Assembly: GCA_002633005.1 (NCBI GenBank)
Contig: NMRA01000066.1
Span: forward strand, 1,013,192-1,077,191
From: Phoronis australis
Taxonomy: Eukaryota; Animalia; Phoronida
Length of the DNA stretch: 64,000 nt
Direction: 5' to 3'
Below, piece after piece: positions 54,271-64,000 of the stretch; within the stretch, counting starts at the first letter, position 1, and every line of letters starts with the position of its first letter. The notes beneath the pieces were generated by a model. The model saw only the letters and a list, made by a program, of their open reading frames with translations, was not told the origin of the DNA and searched no databases. The position numbers and the translations under genes are program-made.

Positions 54271-54795
54271 TAAGGTTATATTGAACCTTAACGACTTGTC
54301 TTTGTATCTAGTCAAATATGAAATATCTACAAAACTATTGATTTAACTATGTAAAAGCATTTATTTTTGAAAGTGGATAGGTAGTAGAATTTGCGTTTTT
54401 ACTTTTGAACTATCTGTAGTCAATTGTGTCACGTGACAATGTTTTTTAATTTAGCAAAAAAGAAAGATACATTGATAGGAACAAACAACGGTGTCAATAG
54501 CACGACCAAATTTCTCTTGATATAAATATTCTAGGTGAAATCTCAACAACGCTGGTACACTTTTCTAAAGCATCACTTCGTTTTCGTTTTATGCAACTTT
54601 TTATGAAAATCATGAGGGTCCTATTTTTCATAACCCCTCATGCAAAAGAGAAGCATTTTGAAAACAAACAACATCTTGAAAATTAATGCATAAAAACATA
54701 GCATTATAAAGTTTCGTAAGAATTCGATCAGAAATTTCTGACATATAATGTTCAGAAGTTAATTAAATTTGGCGTTTTCTAGGTTCCTATATCAA
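54271..54795. mobile_element. Degenerate TTAA-family element upstream of the GPCR exon
   Basis: Starts TAAGGTTATATTGAACCTTA and carries family motifs GTCACGTGAC and TTCGTTTTCGTTTTATGCAAC. Confidence 0.45.
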
Positions 54796-55310
54796 TGACT
54801 TTATGTGGAATTTGCGCATTGTAGCCTATCGAAACTATAATTCACCGTACGCCTATATGCGCGCGTTAAGACTTGGGCGTTTTTCAAGTACAGTTTATCA
54901 AGCGTTACGTTTATAGTCTTTTATGGGCGCGTGTGCCTTGAACGTTATGGAGGGACGGTTGGTACATGGGCATATTTTTAATTGGACGTGTGTTTTTATA
55001 CCCTCCTCCAGTCACTCAATAAACAATCTTATTTGAAGACATATTGACATCAGTAGTAAAGGGTAACTTCAATGCCACACTATTTTTGCTCTTTAGTTGT
55101 TCCCAAATGTTTTTTCATACATATATACACATGCACATTGAGAGTGGGGGTGGAGGGAGGGAGGGAGGGAGGGGGAGAGGGTGTTTGATGCATTTTAATG
55201 ATGAATTGAGGCTACTAATTTTGAAAAACTGGGACTCAATTTATGTCGATACCAGGTGCAATGCTGCTGAACATTTTTGTTTTATTTTCCAGATCGCCGT
55301 AGACGAAGCA

Positions 55311-56414
55311 ATGAATGACAACGCTACCGCCATGTATGCTGAGTCGGGAATCGTTGCTCTGAAAACTGTTTTTCTTGTTACATTCTTGGCCGTTGGGATT
55401 TCGAGCAATGTAACATTGATAGTGGTAACTGCACGGAACAAGATATTCCACCAACCATCGTTTTACTTGACATTGTGTCTCTCGCTTTCAGAACTATGTA
55501 GGAACATATTTTGTCTTCCGTTCGTGATTGCCACAGTACTCAACCATTCTCAGTGGCAGCTTGGAACCGCGGCGTGTGTCATGACAGGGTTCGCCAATTA
55601 TTTTTTCACCTTTTCGTCCGCATTTGGATTTTTCCTACTGGCCGTTGATCGCTGTGTTGCCGTTATACACGGACAGCATTATCCCAAGTGCTTCAGTGGC
55701 ATCACGTGTCTTATTTTGTCAGTCTTGGCATGGTCATCTGCTTTCCTTTTGGCTTTCCCGCCCCTGTTTGGACTTGGCTCCTACCAATTCGTGCGAACAG
55801 AATCTCAGTGCTCACTTCTTCATTCGCACATAACAATTGGTAATACAGTTGGATACACGATCATCTTTCTCATTCAAATTATAGGCACTTTGGTACTTTA
55901 CATTCGTTTGTTTTTTTACCTACGGCGACACCGACGAATGCGACCTCTGGCTCCTCGGCCGGCAATCAGCACCAACTGGAATTTCTTCGGTTTGGGAGCA
56001 AACTTACAGCCAATTCAGGGTTATGGATTTGGACAGGGGACCAATCGTGGAATACCGGGTCAGGATCCTCGAATAGTTATTCCGACTGAAGCAAGAAATT
56101 TAACAGAAGGCAGCAACGAGCACTTGACAAGAATGTTTTTCGCAGCAACTATCGTGTTTGATTTATTATGGGCACCGTACTGTTGCGTAATACTCTGGCA
56201 TTTAGCATCAGAAGACCCAAACGAAGTTTCACCTGCATATGTTGCTATAGCAACGTGGTTGACCTACCTTCAGTCGTCTGTCACACCTCTGGTATATATA
56301 GCCAGCAATAAACATTTTCGAAAATCCTTTTGGTTGAACTTACGGACGTGCGCAACGGCGAATAGTTCTGAAGCGGAAACGGGAGTGTTGCAGATGGAGC
56401 AGGTACAGAACTGA
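55311..56414 (+). CDS. Class A orphan GPCR, SREB family (GPR27/GPR85/GPR173-like), 367 aa, single coding exon
   Basis: Seven hydrophobic segments. A strong acceptor (ttttccag, 55292) precedes ATG 55311, and there is an N-terminal NAT sequon. SREB-like motifs: CLPFV..V.N.S.W..GT..C, AFPP.FG.GSY.F.R.E.QC...H, and ICL3 RRMRPLAPRPAISTNWNFFGLGAN..GFGQG (GPR85 as recalled: RKMKPVQFVAAVSQNWTFHGPGA..GFGRG). Confidence 0.88.
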   Translation: MNDNATAMYAESGIVALKTVFLVTFLAVGISSNVTLIVVTARNKIFHQPSFYLTLCLSLSELCRNIFCLPFVIATVLNHSQWQLGTAACVMTGFANYFFTFSSAFGFFLLAVDRCVAVIHGQHYPKCFSGITCLILSVLAWSSAFLLAFPPLFGLGSYQFVRTESQCSLLHSHITIGNTVGYTIIFLIQIIGTLVLYIRLFFYLRRHRRMRPLAPRPAISTNWNFFGLGANLQPIQGYGFGQGTNRGIPGQDPRIVIPTEARNLTEGSNEHLTRMFFAATIVFDLLWAPYCCVILWHLASEDPNEVSPAYVAIATWLTYLQSSVTPLVYIASNKHFRKSFWLNLRTCATANSSEAETGVLQMEQVQN

Positions 56415-57126
56415 GTTCCGTAGATGCAAGAATCTCACCGGCGACTAAAGCTAGCAAGAACCCGCATTTGGTTGTAATGCATGACGATATCTCGCGAAGA
56501 CTTGCGTGATGCGTTTTTGCGAGTGTTCTGTGTCTACGAGAAAGACACCAAACATACAATAGTCATCTCAACAAATGCTTGAACACGCCATACTTTCACC
56601 ATTGGCATGAAATGATACTAGACAGAACTCTGATACCAATATATTGTAGGAAGCAGCAGCCGCCTCAAGGTCTCTAGGTTTGTGCTTCAACACGACAGAC
56701 GCCGTCATCTGAAGTGGCACGGCATGCATGATGAGGAGGTAAATAACGAGATACTCGCAGGTCTGGCCGCCTCACGTATTCTCCCTGCAGACGGCCAGAC
56801 ACTCGCTGAAATTAAAGCGGGTGACTTTACGATAAACGTGGTTAAAATATTCAGGTATTTGTTGTGTGAGATTTACCTGTGCCACCAGAGAGTTATGGTG
56901 CGTCCGCGGGTAATTCAGGCTTGAATTTGCGCTGTAGCTTGTCTCGTCGATAAGTTTGAGACGGGGAAAAAAAGGGGAAAATACCTCTTAGACATGATGA
57001 ATACATGCGCTTTAAGTCATTGGTCAACACTAACGTGTAATGGGGCTATTCGGAGAATTCTCCTCGGGGTGTCGCTGCTGTACTAGTGGTGATTGAATTG
57101 CGCATGCGTGGCTATCTGCATGTAAA

Positions 57127-57149
57127 CATAGACTATAGTACAATCTATG
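57127..57149. mobile_element. 23-bp minimal palindromic element or footprint with a 7-bp duplication
   Basis: atgtaaa-CATAGACTATAGTACAATCTATG-atgtaaa. Confidence 0.6.
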
Positions 57150-58248
57150 ATGTAAACAACTGGTAAAAGATGGAATTTTTATCAAAATACGTCGTCGCGC
57201 TAAGCCTTATTACTGCTAATTTCCGTGGTGCAAGTCTTCGACAGGTGGCCACAAATTCCCAAAAGACCTAAGGTTACTATATACGTGGACAATTGCGGTC
57301 AACAGGGTCAATTAACTGACAAAAAGTGTGTGGATGCTGAAGCCCCGTGTGTGTTCTATGACTATGCACATATGCAGTTCCCGGCATTCGGAGACTACAC
57401 AACATTACTTGGTAAGTTTTAGCAATCAGTTTCTATCAACATTGTTCGGTGATGTTGTACCCACCAGTTACCCCACTGAATAACAGGTTTGTTGAGTGGA
57501 ACTAAGTGTTTCTTTTTGGAAACTCACCCGATGCCGGGTAGGCTAGCAGCACATATTCATATTGTCCTGGGTGGGAGTGCTCCCAAAATAAGAGGTGTGT
57601 GGTACGTGANAGTTCATCTGAATCCTAGAAACCAAGGATTACGATGAGACCAACTAGAGCTAGGTGCCCCATAAGTTATTTTTGGGGTTTATTGTCCCTT
57701 TAATTGTGATGAGCTATTTTGTGTCACAATGTCAGTTTCGTTTTGTGCCCTGTAACTCTTGATATAAAAGGCGAGCTATGAAGAATACAGGGTGTATGGA
57801 GACTACAACTAATTTGTTTATCACCCGCTTTCATTGACATGAAGTTATGAAGTATTTATGTTACACATTCGTTACTAACTGTGAATACAGGAAGTGATGG
57901 ACACACCGGGAAATTCACATGATTTCAGTTCTGAGTCTTAACTTTCTGATGACGCTTTCTGTGGAACTTTGGAAAAAACGGAGTGATAGTAACGTCAAGC
58001 TACACCTCGAATAAATTAGGTGTCATCAAATATCAAAGTAAAAAATGCAAACCTTGTTGTCATCCGCAAAACGCGGTCACACACCTATTCAGTCGGGTAA
58101 AATCCTTTGAATTTCCCAATGTTTGCCTGACTGGGCTCAGTGCCCGGGTTACACAGCGACACTCGAATCTTGGTGTAATTAACTATAATGCCGCAATATT
58201 CGTCAAGCACCTTTGAAGCCTGTTGTTTTTGCGCCATTGGAGTTCCAC

Positions 58249-58461
58249 ATGTTTGTTTTTGTTTTTGTTTTCGCTTTTTTTTTCACTTTTCGGCTGTGTT
58301 ACGCTATTTGTCCTTCCAATGCCAACAATCATCATTACTGCTGTGATGTAGGCTGCAACTCCGACGGGAGAAATTTGGATAAATCTAATAAATGTCCCCG
58401 TGGATGCGTCGCCCTTCGACATCGACCAAATATAAGAAAATGCAGAGTAGGCCTAGAGTAA
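58249..58461 (+). CDS. Candidate secreted Cys-rich peptide or first exon of a secreted protein
   Basis: MFVFVFVFAFFFTFRLCYA|ICPSNANNHHYCCDVGCNSDGRNLDKSNKCPRGCVALRHRPNIRKCR; possible donor GTAGGC at 58447. No recognised homologue. Confidence 0.3.
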   Translation: MFVFVFVFAFFFTFRLCYAICPSNANNHHYCCDVGCNSDGRNLDKSNKCPRGCVALRHRPNIRKCRVGLE

Positions 58462-59954
58462 ATAAAGCAAGTTCGTTGGGTAAATTTTGAACCGAACAGA
58501 ATCCGCTCTCTTTGAGATATATTTCGGACTCTGGTTTTCAGCATTAGGCTACCGAACTTTGCCAAAGGAGCTGATCAGCTTAGAATTAATTAAATGAGTG
58601 GCCATGGATAGTTCGTGCAACGCCAGTCAAGCCAAATCTCTAGAGATATACCGTTGGAGTGAAGTATTCGAGCAATGTCGGAGTGAAGTTTCACCGTATG
58701 TGTATTGCCCTGTAAGACTTCCACCTATTAGTTAACTGGCTCCTTCCTGTTTCCTCCTCGTTACGTTCCACATGTCGACCAGTATTGATTGACTGTCAGT
58801 GGATCTCCGGTGCACGGACAATCCGTAGCACTCTTGATTTACCCTTCCCTTGCAAACCCCGAATTGGGGCTATCTAATGCGGGAGTCGGTGAAGAGCATC
58901 AGTCCGCTGGCGGAGAGCTCTGAACGCAAACTGCCGCTGAGAAATTCAATAATTAGATTCCCGACTGGATATGTCTGATTGCTTTATTAAAGGATTCAAT
59001 GTGTGCGTGTGAATGAGGACAGAAAACAGAATAAAGGGTTCCATCCCAAAACAGTGAACCATTGCAACGATTTCCAAAGATGGCGCTGCAGTGCAGCCGG
59101 AGCATAAAAAATGAATGGGCGTGCACATAGGGGCCTATTGGTGCCAAGCTTAGGCGTATATGCCTATATGTCTAAATGATTTTAGAAACAAACTGAATTG
59201 TTTTGGTAAACGTACATGGATGACTACCTGACCAGCATTCATTGGAAGACCACCTATCTGCTTTCGGTATAAACCAATAGAGTGCGCCTCAGCATCAATG
59301 GATAGGATGGCCCATCAACTCAGACTTTTTTAAATTACGCGAAAAGCCAAATGATATATTTCAAAATCAATGTTGCCCCATGACTACACTGATGTGATAT
59401 TTCAATAGCCAGATTAGGGTGCTTCAAGGCGCCTTTGCTTTTATTTTGTACAAAGTAGCTCCTCGTATTCAGCAGTCAGTCACGCTGTTCACTTCCGAAA
59501 CGAATGTATTAGGGATTGAATTTTTCAAACGTAATCTGTGCCCATTGCAATGTTTCACTATTCGGAAGCTGCCCTATAATGTCGGAGGGGGGGCGGGGGC
59601 CCTACGGTTACAAGGACCAATACCGGCGACAAGTCATGGGACAAACTCTTAAACAACAGGGAGTACGCCATGCCGTTATGGAACCATTTGATGACTGATG
59701 TTAAGTGTTGTACTGATGTAGTAACCTTCAGCAGTAGACTGTGAAGTTTTTGAAACAAGAATGTACCTGTCAGAGTTGCACTCCATGTATAATTATATCT
59801 TTTGATAGTTAGTGTGAAGTAACATGTCACTGTCATTGCATATGTTTCATTGTACACAATCATCTACTGCATCTTTGTATATATTCATCATGTTTTTTCG
59901 GTGACTAGCACTTGTGCTAATGTTTTTTTGTTTTGTTTTGTAAAATAAACATTT

Positions 59955-60239
59955 TACTTACCTACTCACTTACTTACTTACTTAGTACTTGCTTACTTAC
60001 TTAGTACTTGCTTACTTACTTAGTACTTACTTACTTAGTACTTACTTGCTTACTTACTTAGTACTTGCTTACTTACTTAGTACTTGCTTACTTACTTAGT
60101 ACTTACTTACTTAGTACTTACTTACTTAGTACTTACTTACTTAGTACTTACTTGCTTACTTACTTAGTACTTGCTTACTTACTTAATACTTACTTACTTA
60201 CTTGGTACTTTCTTACTTAGTAATTACTTACTTACTTAC
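59955..60239 (+). repeat. Compound (TACT)n microsatellite with TACTTAG/TACTTGCT variants, preceded by AATAAA; probable LINE tail
   Basis: Direct inspection; AATAAA at ~59944 sits immediately 5' of the tract. Confidence 0.9.
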
Positions 60240-60940
60240 ATTTTTCAGTCATTCAGTTTTCGATTGTTTTTCGTTACCGACAGTCAAAAACATATGTGAT
60301 TCAATGTCACTCACACTTATGGGCATGTGCGTCGAGAACAAGGAGTGGACAGCGGGCTCACAGCCCACTTTCCATTACTATACTGATGATTTTGTGTAAA
60401 ATTCTATCTATGGAGGTAGCGCTTGTCTGAACTACACTCAGTAGATCATCGCCGTCCCAGATTTTGCTCGACAATCGCGGTGATGACGTACGTTAACTAA
60501 AGCTTACTAGTCGTCCCTTGCTAGCAGCCTTAACGAGGCGGACAGTTTCACTGCCTCTTTGACTGATTCTAGGTTTTCAAGTTTTACTCATCCACTGTGA
60601 ACCACCCATCCCGTTCTTTTCCCTCAGGCAGTACCCCACCGCGGAAAAGGTCCAGGCCCAACCTATCCGTTAGAGATAGGGTATAGATGGACAACAACAA
60701 CAACAACAAAATTGTTACAGCTACCGGTACGTAGTATTAACTATAATTATTACTAAATTAGACCAATTTGCTTCTGATTCAAAGCGCTTCGCTTAATCAT
60801 CGGACTCTACCCGGGGCCCAACTTCGCCCGAATGGTGTTTGCGCAGATGACAGGATCGTGCAGATAATTAGAGGAGGCTTTATGTCATTCATTGGCATTA
60901 AACGAGCGTGAGTAGTACACCGTTATCGTCGATATTATCG

Positions 60941-61202
60941 TTTGCCAAATGAGTGAACGTTACGCCGTTAAATTATGTGCGTAAGTTGATTCTTGTTGAG
61001 GCGTAAAGTAATTATTACATTGCGACATAAAGTAAGTATTTGGGGCGCTAAAAGTTACTTTACGCCGCAAATATTTACTTCACGCCGCAAATAATTACTT
61101 AATGCCACAAATAATTTATTTATGTCGCACTTAATTACGCCTGTAACAAGAATTACGTTACGCATGTAATTTAACGGCGTAACGTTCACCCATTTTGGCC
61201 AA
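60941..61202. mobile_element. Palindromic MITE with internal ~20-bp repeats
   Basis: TTGCCAAATGAGTGAACGTTACGCCGTTAAATTA pairs with TAATTTAACGGCGTAACGTTCACCCATTTTGGCCAA; internal (ACGCCGCAAATA.TTACTT) repeats. Confidence 0.8.
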
Positions 61203-61489
61203 TGATACATCATAGGGTAACAAGGGATTCTAGTAGTAAATGTCTATAACTAGCTAAGCTTTAAAACACCGAAATACTATTTCGGCTCTCAAAAAGTAGT
61301 GTGGCATGAATGTCTTAAAATCGACCAAGAAACAAAACAGCAAAAATATGATTGTTATATTCTATTTTGGTGTACTTGCTAGCAAAGTAGGGTATGGTAC
61401 AGGCATTTCAAATTTAGAATTGAAGGTGATCGTCAAATGATTGTTGTTCATCCATTGTCCACTTTTTGTGGATTGGTGGACTGACATGC

Positions 61490-61772
61490 ATGCGGGTGTA
61501 CACATATGTGTGCGTTTTCATTCTTTTGAACCCAGTACACGCCGACAATAAGTTCACTATAGTCAGTTTTCTGTCGTTGCTCAAACAAAAGCCAGATTTA
61601 ACTACCGTGTGTTCTTGCACTGAGGAAACGAATATGTTCGCAGTATTAGGGAAAAGCAGGTCTAGACCTAATGAAACTTTGGCCAATGAAGAAAGTGTTC
61701 CCTTGTCCATCAGTGACAATGGTGCACAACCTCGCAGACTTCATACGAGATACAAACTTTATGCAAAAACAA
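61490..61772 (+). CDS. Candidate first exon of a secreted FGF-like protein, interrupted by the N at 61773
   Basis: A signal-like MRVYTYVCVFILLNPVHA is followed by an open frame ending PRRLHTRYKLYAKT, which resembles the first beta-strand of FGFs (FGF8 RRLIRTYQLYSRT as recalled). The match is short. Confidence 0.35.
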
Positions 61773-62711
61773 NTTTCAAGTGTCAAATTCGGAACACGGC
61801 GCATTCGTAACGGAATTATGGCTAAGTATAGGCTCTCCCGCTATATCCCAGGCGACCGGCAGTGACGCGTCGCACTACGACTCCGTTTCCGTCGTCTGCT
61901 CTACTGTGCAATGAAGAAAATTTTCTTCATTTTTTAAAGAAAATGGAACCTGAGTGACGATGAAAAAACAGAAGCTGCTGGTAAGATGTGAATTTTAATC
62001 AAAGCCTTAGTGAATACTCAAAAACTCATAATTCTTTCTTTCTCAAACCTTAACTTAAGACGATTTCCAAAACAGTCCCGTCATTATTTCCCGAACGCGA
62101 AAAACGGGTTTGGTCTTTTGGGCATTTGAAGACTATTTTAAATACGACAAATTTGTTAAGAATTGATGGCACAAAATATAAAACGTGTAATAAGCATTAC
62201 AAAAAGAAGTAGGTTTCGCGCGCAAACGCTGTGGACCATAAACAAGTAGGTCTTTTAGTATAAGATTAGTAGTTAAATCGTGGTGGTGTAGTGTTATCGC
62301 ACGCGCTCTCTAGCCGCCAGGTGGTGCTATGCGCATCTACAATCGTGGTTCAGTTTGCGAAAATGCTTATACAGTCGGACAAAATGTTGGGCCCCCCCTT
62401 GTGATATCCTAGATCCGCCACTGTGAATCAATAGTACGCGGACGTTGTTTCCGGTACACATGCAGTACACCACTCAGCACATCTAATAACCGAAGTATCG
62501 TTTACCTTTGTATGCAAAAGTATAAAAAATAAACCTGGGCTCGAAAATTTAGATATTTTCGGTGAAGTGAGCCTTCGGAGTAGTGAACGTTCAGAATAGT
62601 GTACGTGCTGTGCCCATTTCCAGCGATGTAAGTAACACGCAAAACTACAACAAGATAAAAATTTCGTCAAGTCATTCTGAGACTAAAAAAATCTATATAA
62701 GTATGTATTAA

Positions 62712-62952
62712 GCCCCCAATTTGGCGAATTGGGCAAAAAGGTGTGCTTCAGTGGAACAAAAAGTCCAAGTAAACGAGACAAAAGCCCACAAAATCCACGG
62801 GAAGTTGTCGCAGATGCACAATTCGCGGGCCTGAACCTCAGTAGTGTCCCCGTTTTTTTAGTCCTCGTCGATTTCTCATTCATGGGTAACAAAAAGGTGC
62901 GCAAACCGATAAAAATTCGAGCGCCCTATATTTTAGACTGGGTGCGCGCATG
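62712..62952. mobile_element. 5'-truncated copy of the MITE at 48608-48843
   Basis: Colinear similarity; ends CTGGGTGCGCGCATG. Confidence 0.8.
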
Positions 62953-63733
62953 TAAGCACGCCTGATTTGAAAGTTTGGTGGGTCGACCTTTGCAAAATAT
63001 TTAATGTTCTCTTTTCCAGAAATTCGAGCCAACCCCCGGCCCTGCGCGCAATCATTGCTGGCTCGGGACTGGGTACACTGGGACTAGCGCATCTCAATCA
63101 AGTCCGACCCCCGGCCGACTCTGCTGCGGTGTACCGTGCACCGGACTAAAAGTGCACACTTCCATAACCTATAAAATTTGTGTAAGTGGATCCCAATAAA
63201 GTGAGTATTGATACCAGGCTTGGTAGTTTTCACTCTTCAAAGTAGACGAAACTTACTTTATTGATATATTTTAACCATATATCAATAAAGCATAAAAATA
63301 TTTCCAGGTGATCAGTGCAATGGGCCCACATGCGAGGCCTGCGCACGTCTGGTACAACGTGTATCAGACCGCCTGCAATTATTTTTTTATAAAGGCAACA
63401 CGACGGAAGTTTCGGCCGAGAGAGGCTTCGAAAAGTGTGGGAGCCAGTGCGGCAGTGGCAGCATGCATTCTCCGGATCAGTGGCCACTGTGAGCCCGCCG
63501 GCAGGACTACTGGGCTACTTTTAAACTTCCTGATTTTGGCAGTTCATCTGTTTGGCACCTTAAAAAATGATTTTTTTTTCATAAAAATGCTACCCTCAGA
63601 CAACAGTGGCCCGAGGGTCACCGCCTACACAGTGGGGCCGTCGGACGCCGCGTGGTCTTCAGACTCTCCGGTGGTCGTGACTGAAGTGACCCCGCAGTCT
63701 CATGAAATTTAGTTGCAGAAGAAAGGGACCCAG

Positions 63734-63866
63734 TGGCCGGTTGCGTGAAACAGTCTCAAACAGGGACTCAACTAAGTTTCCTGAGATGAAACGATACTGC
63801 AGAGAAAAAGATTACATCTGTGAGTAAACAAAGACGCAAAGTTGAGTCCCTCATGCAACCCGACAC
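63734..63866. mobile_element. Small inverted-repeat element
   Basis: GGTTGCGTGA..AGGGACTCAACT pairs with AGTTGAGTCCCTCATGCAACC. Confidence 0.45.
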
Positions 63867-64000
63867 AGGTTTCTGTTGGCTACTTCCTCGGTGTCAGCCC
63901 CCAAATAGCAAAGTCCATTTACCCATAATAGACCGGCAGCCCAGAGCACTTAGCATAGATGAACGAGGTACCAACATCTGACCACGGGAGCATTTAAAGT

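Noticed and set aside
55044-55310. N-terminal 89 aa of the 456-aa ORF
   Set aside because: It lies upstream of a strong acceptor at 55292, includes a G-rich simple tract and has no SREB similarity, so it is probably intron read-through.
63308-63712. 134-aa ORF containing YNVYQ as a downstream FGF exon
   Set aside because: Only a 5-residue resemblance; the preceding C-x-F-x-E motif and the following aromatic/Gly pattern are missing.

Overview
AT-rich, intron-containing animal (invertebrate-like) genomic DNA, read by eye. Five genes are supported by GT-AG exon chains that I reconstructed by hand and that stay in frame. They are coatomer gamma (COPG, +, 5' end outside the window), a two-exon 55-aa TOM6-like microprotein (-) that the ORF track misses, an RNA polymerase I subunit RPA34/PAF49 (CD3EAP/POLR1G)-like gene (+) head-to-head with it, a complete 12-coding-exon ABTB1 (-), and a single-coding-exon SREB-family GPCR (GPR27/85/173-like, +). 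The first ~3.2 kb is a two-haplotype duplication across an N, most likely an assembly artefact. Introns and spacers hold many non-autonomous elements: TTAA-flanked, hAT-like, 5-bp-TSD and palindromic MITEs, tRNA-derived inverted repeats and retroposon tails. The last 7 kb is broken by Ns at 57610 and 61773 and holds weaker gene candidates: a frameshifted signal-anchor exon, a Cys-rich secreted ORF and a possible FGF-like first exon. Family assignments come from recalled reference proteins, not database searches. I found no clear novel multi-gene system.
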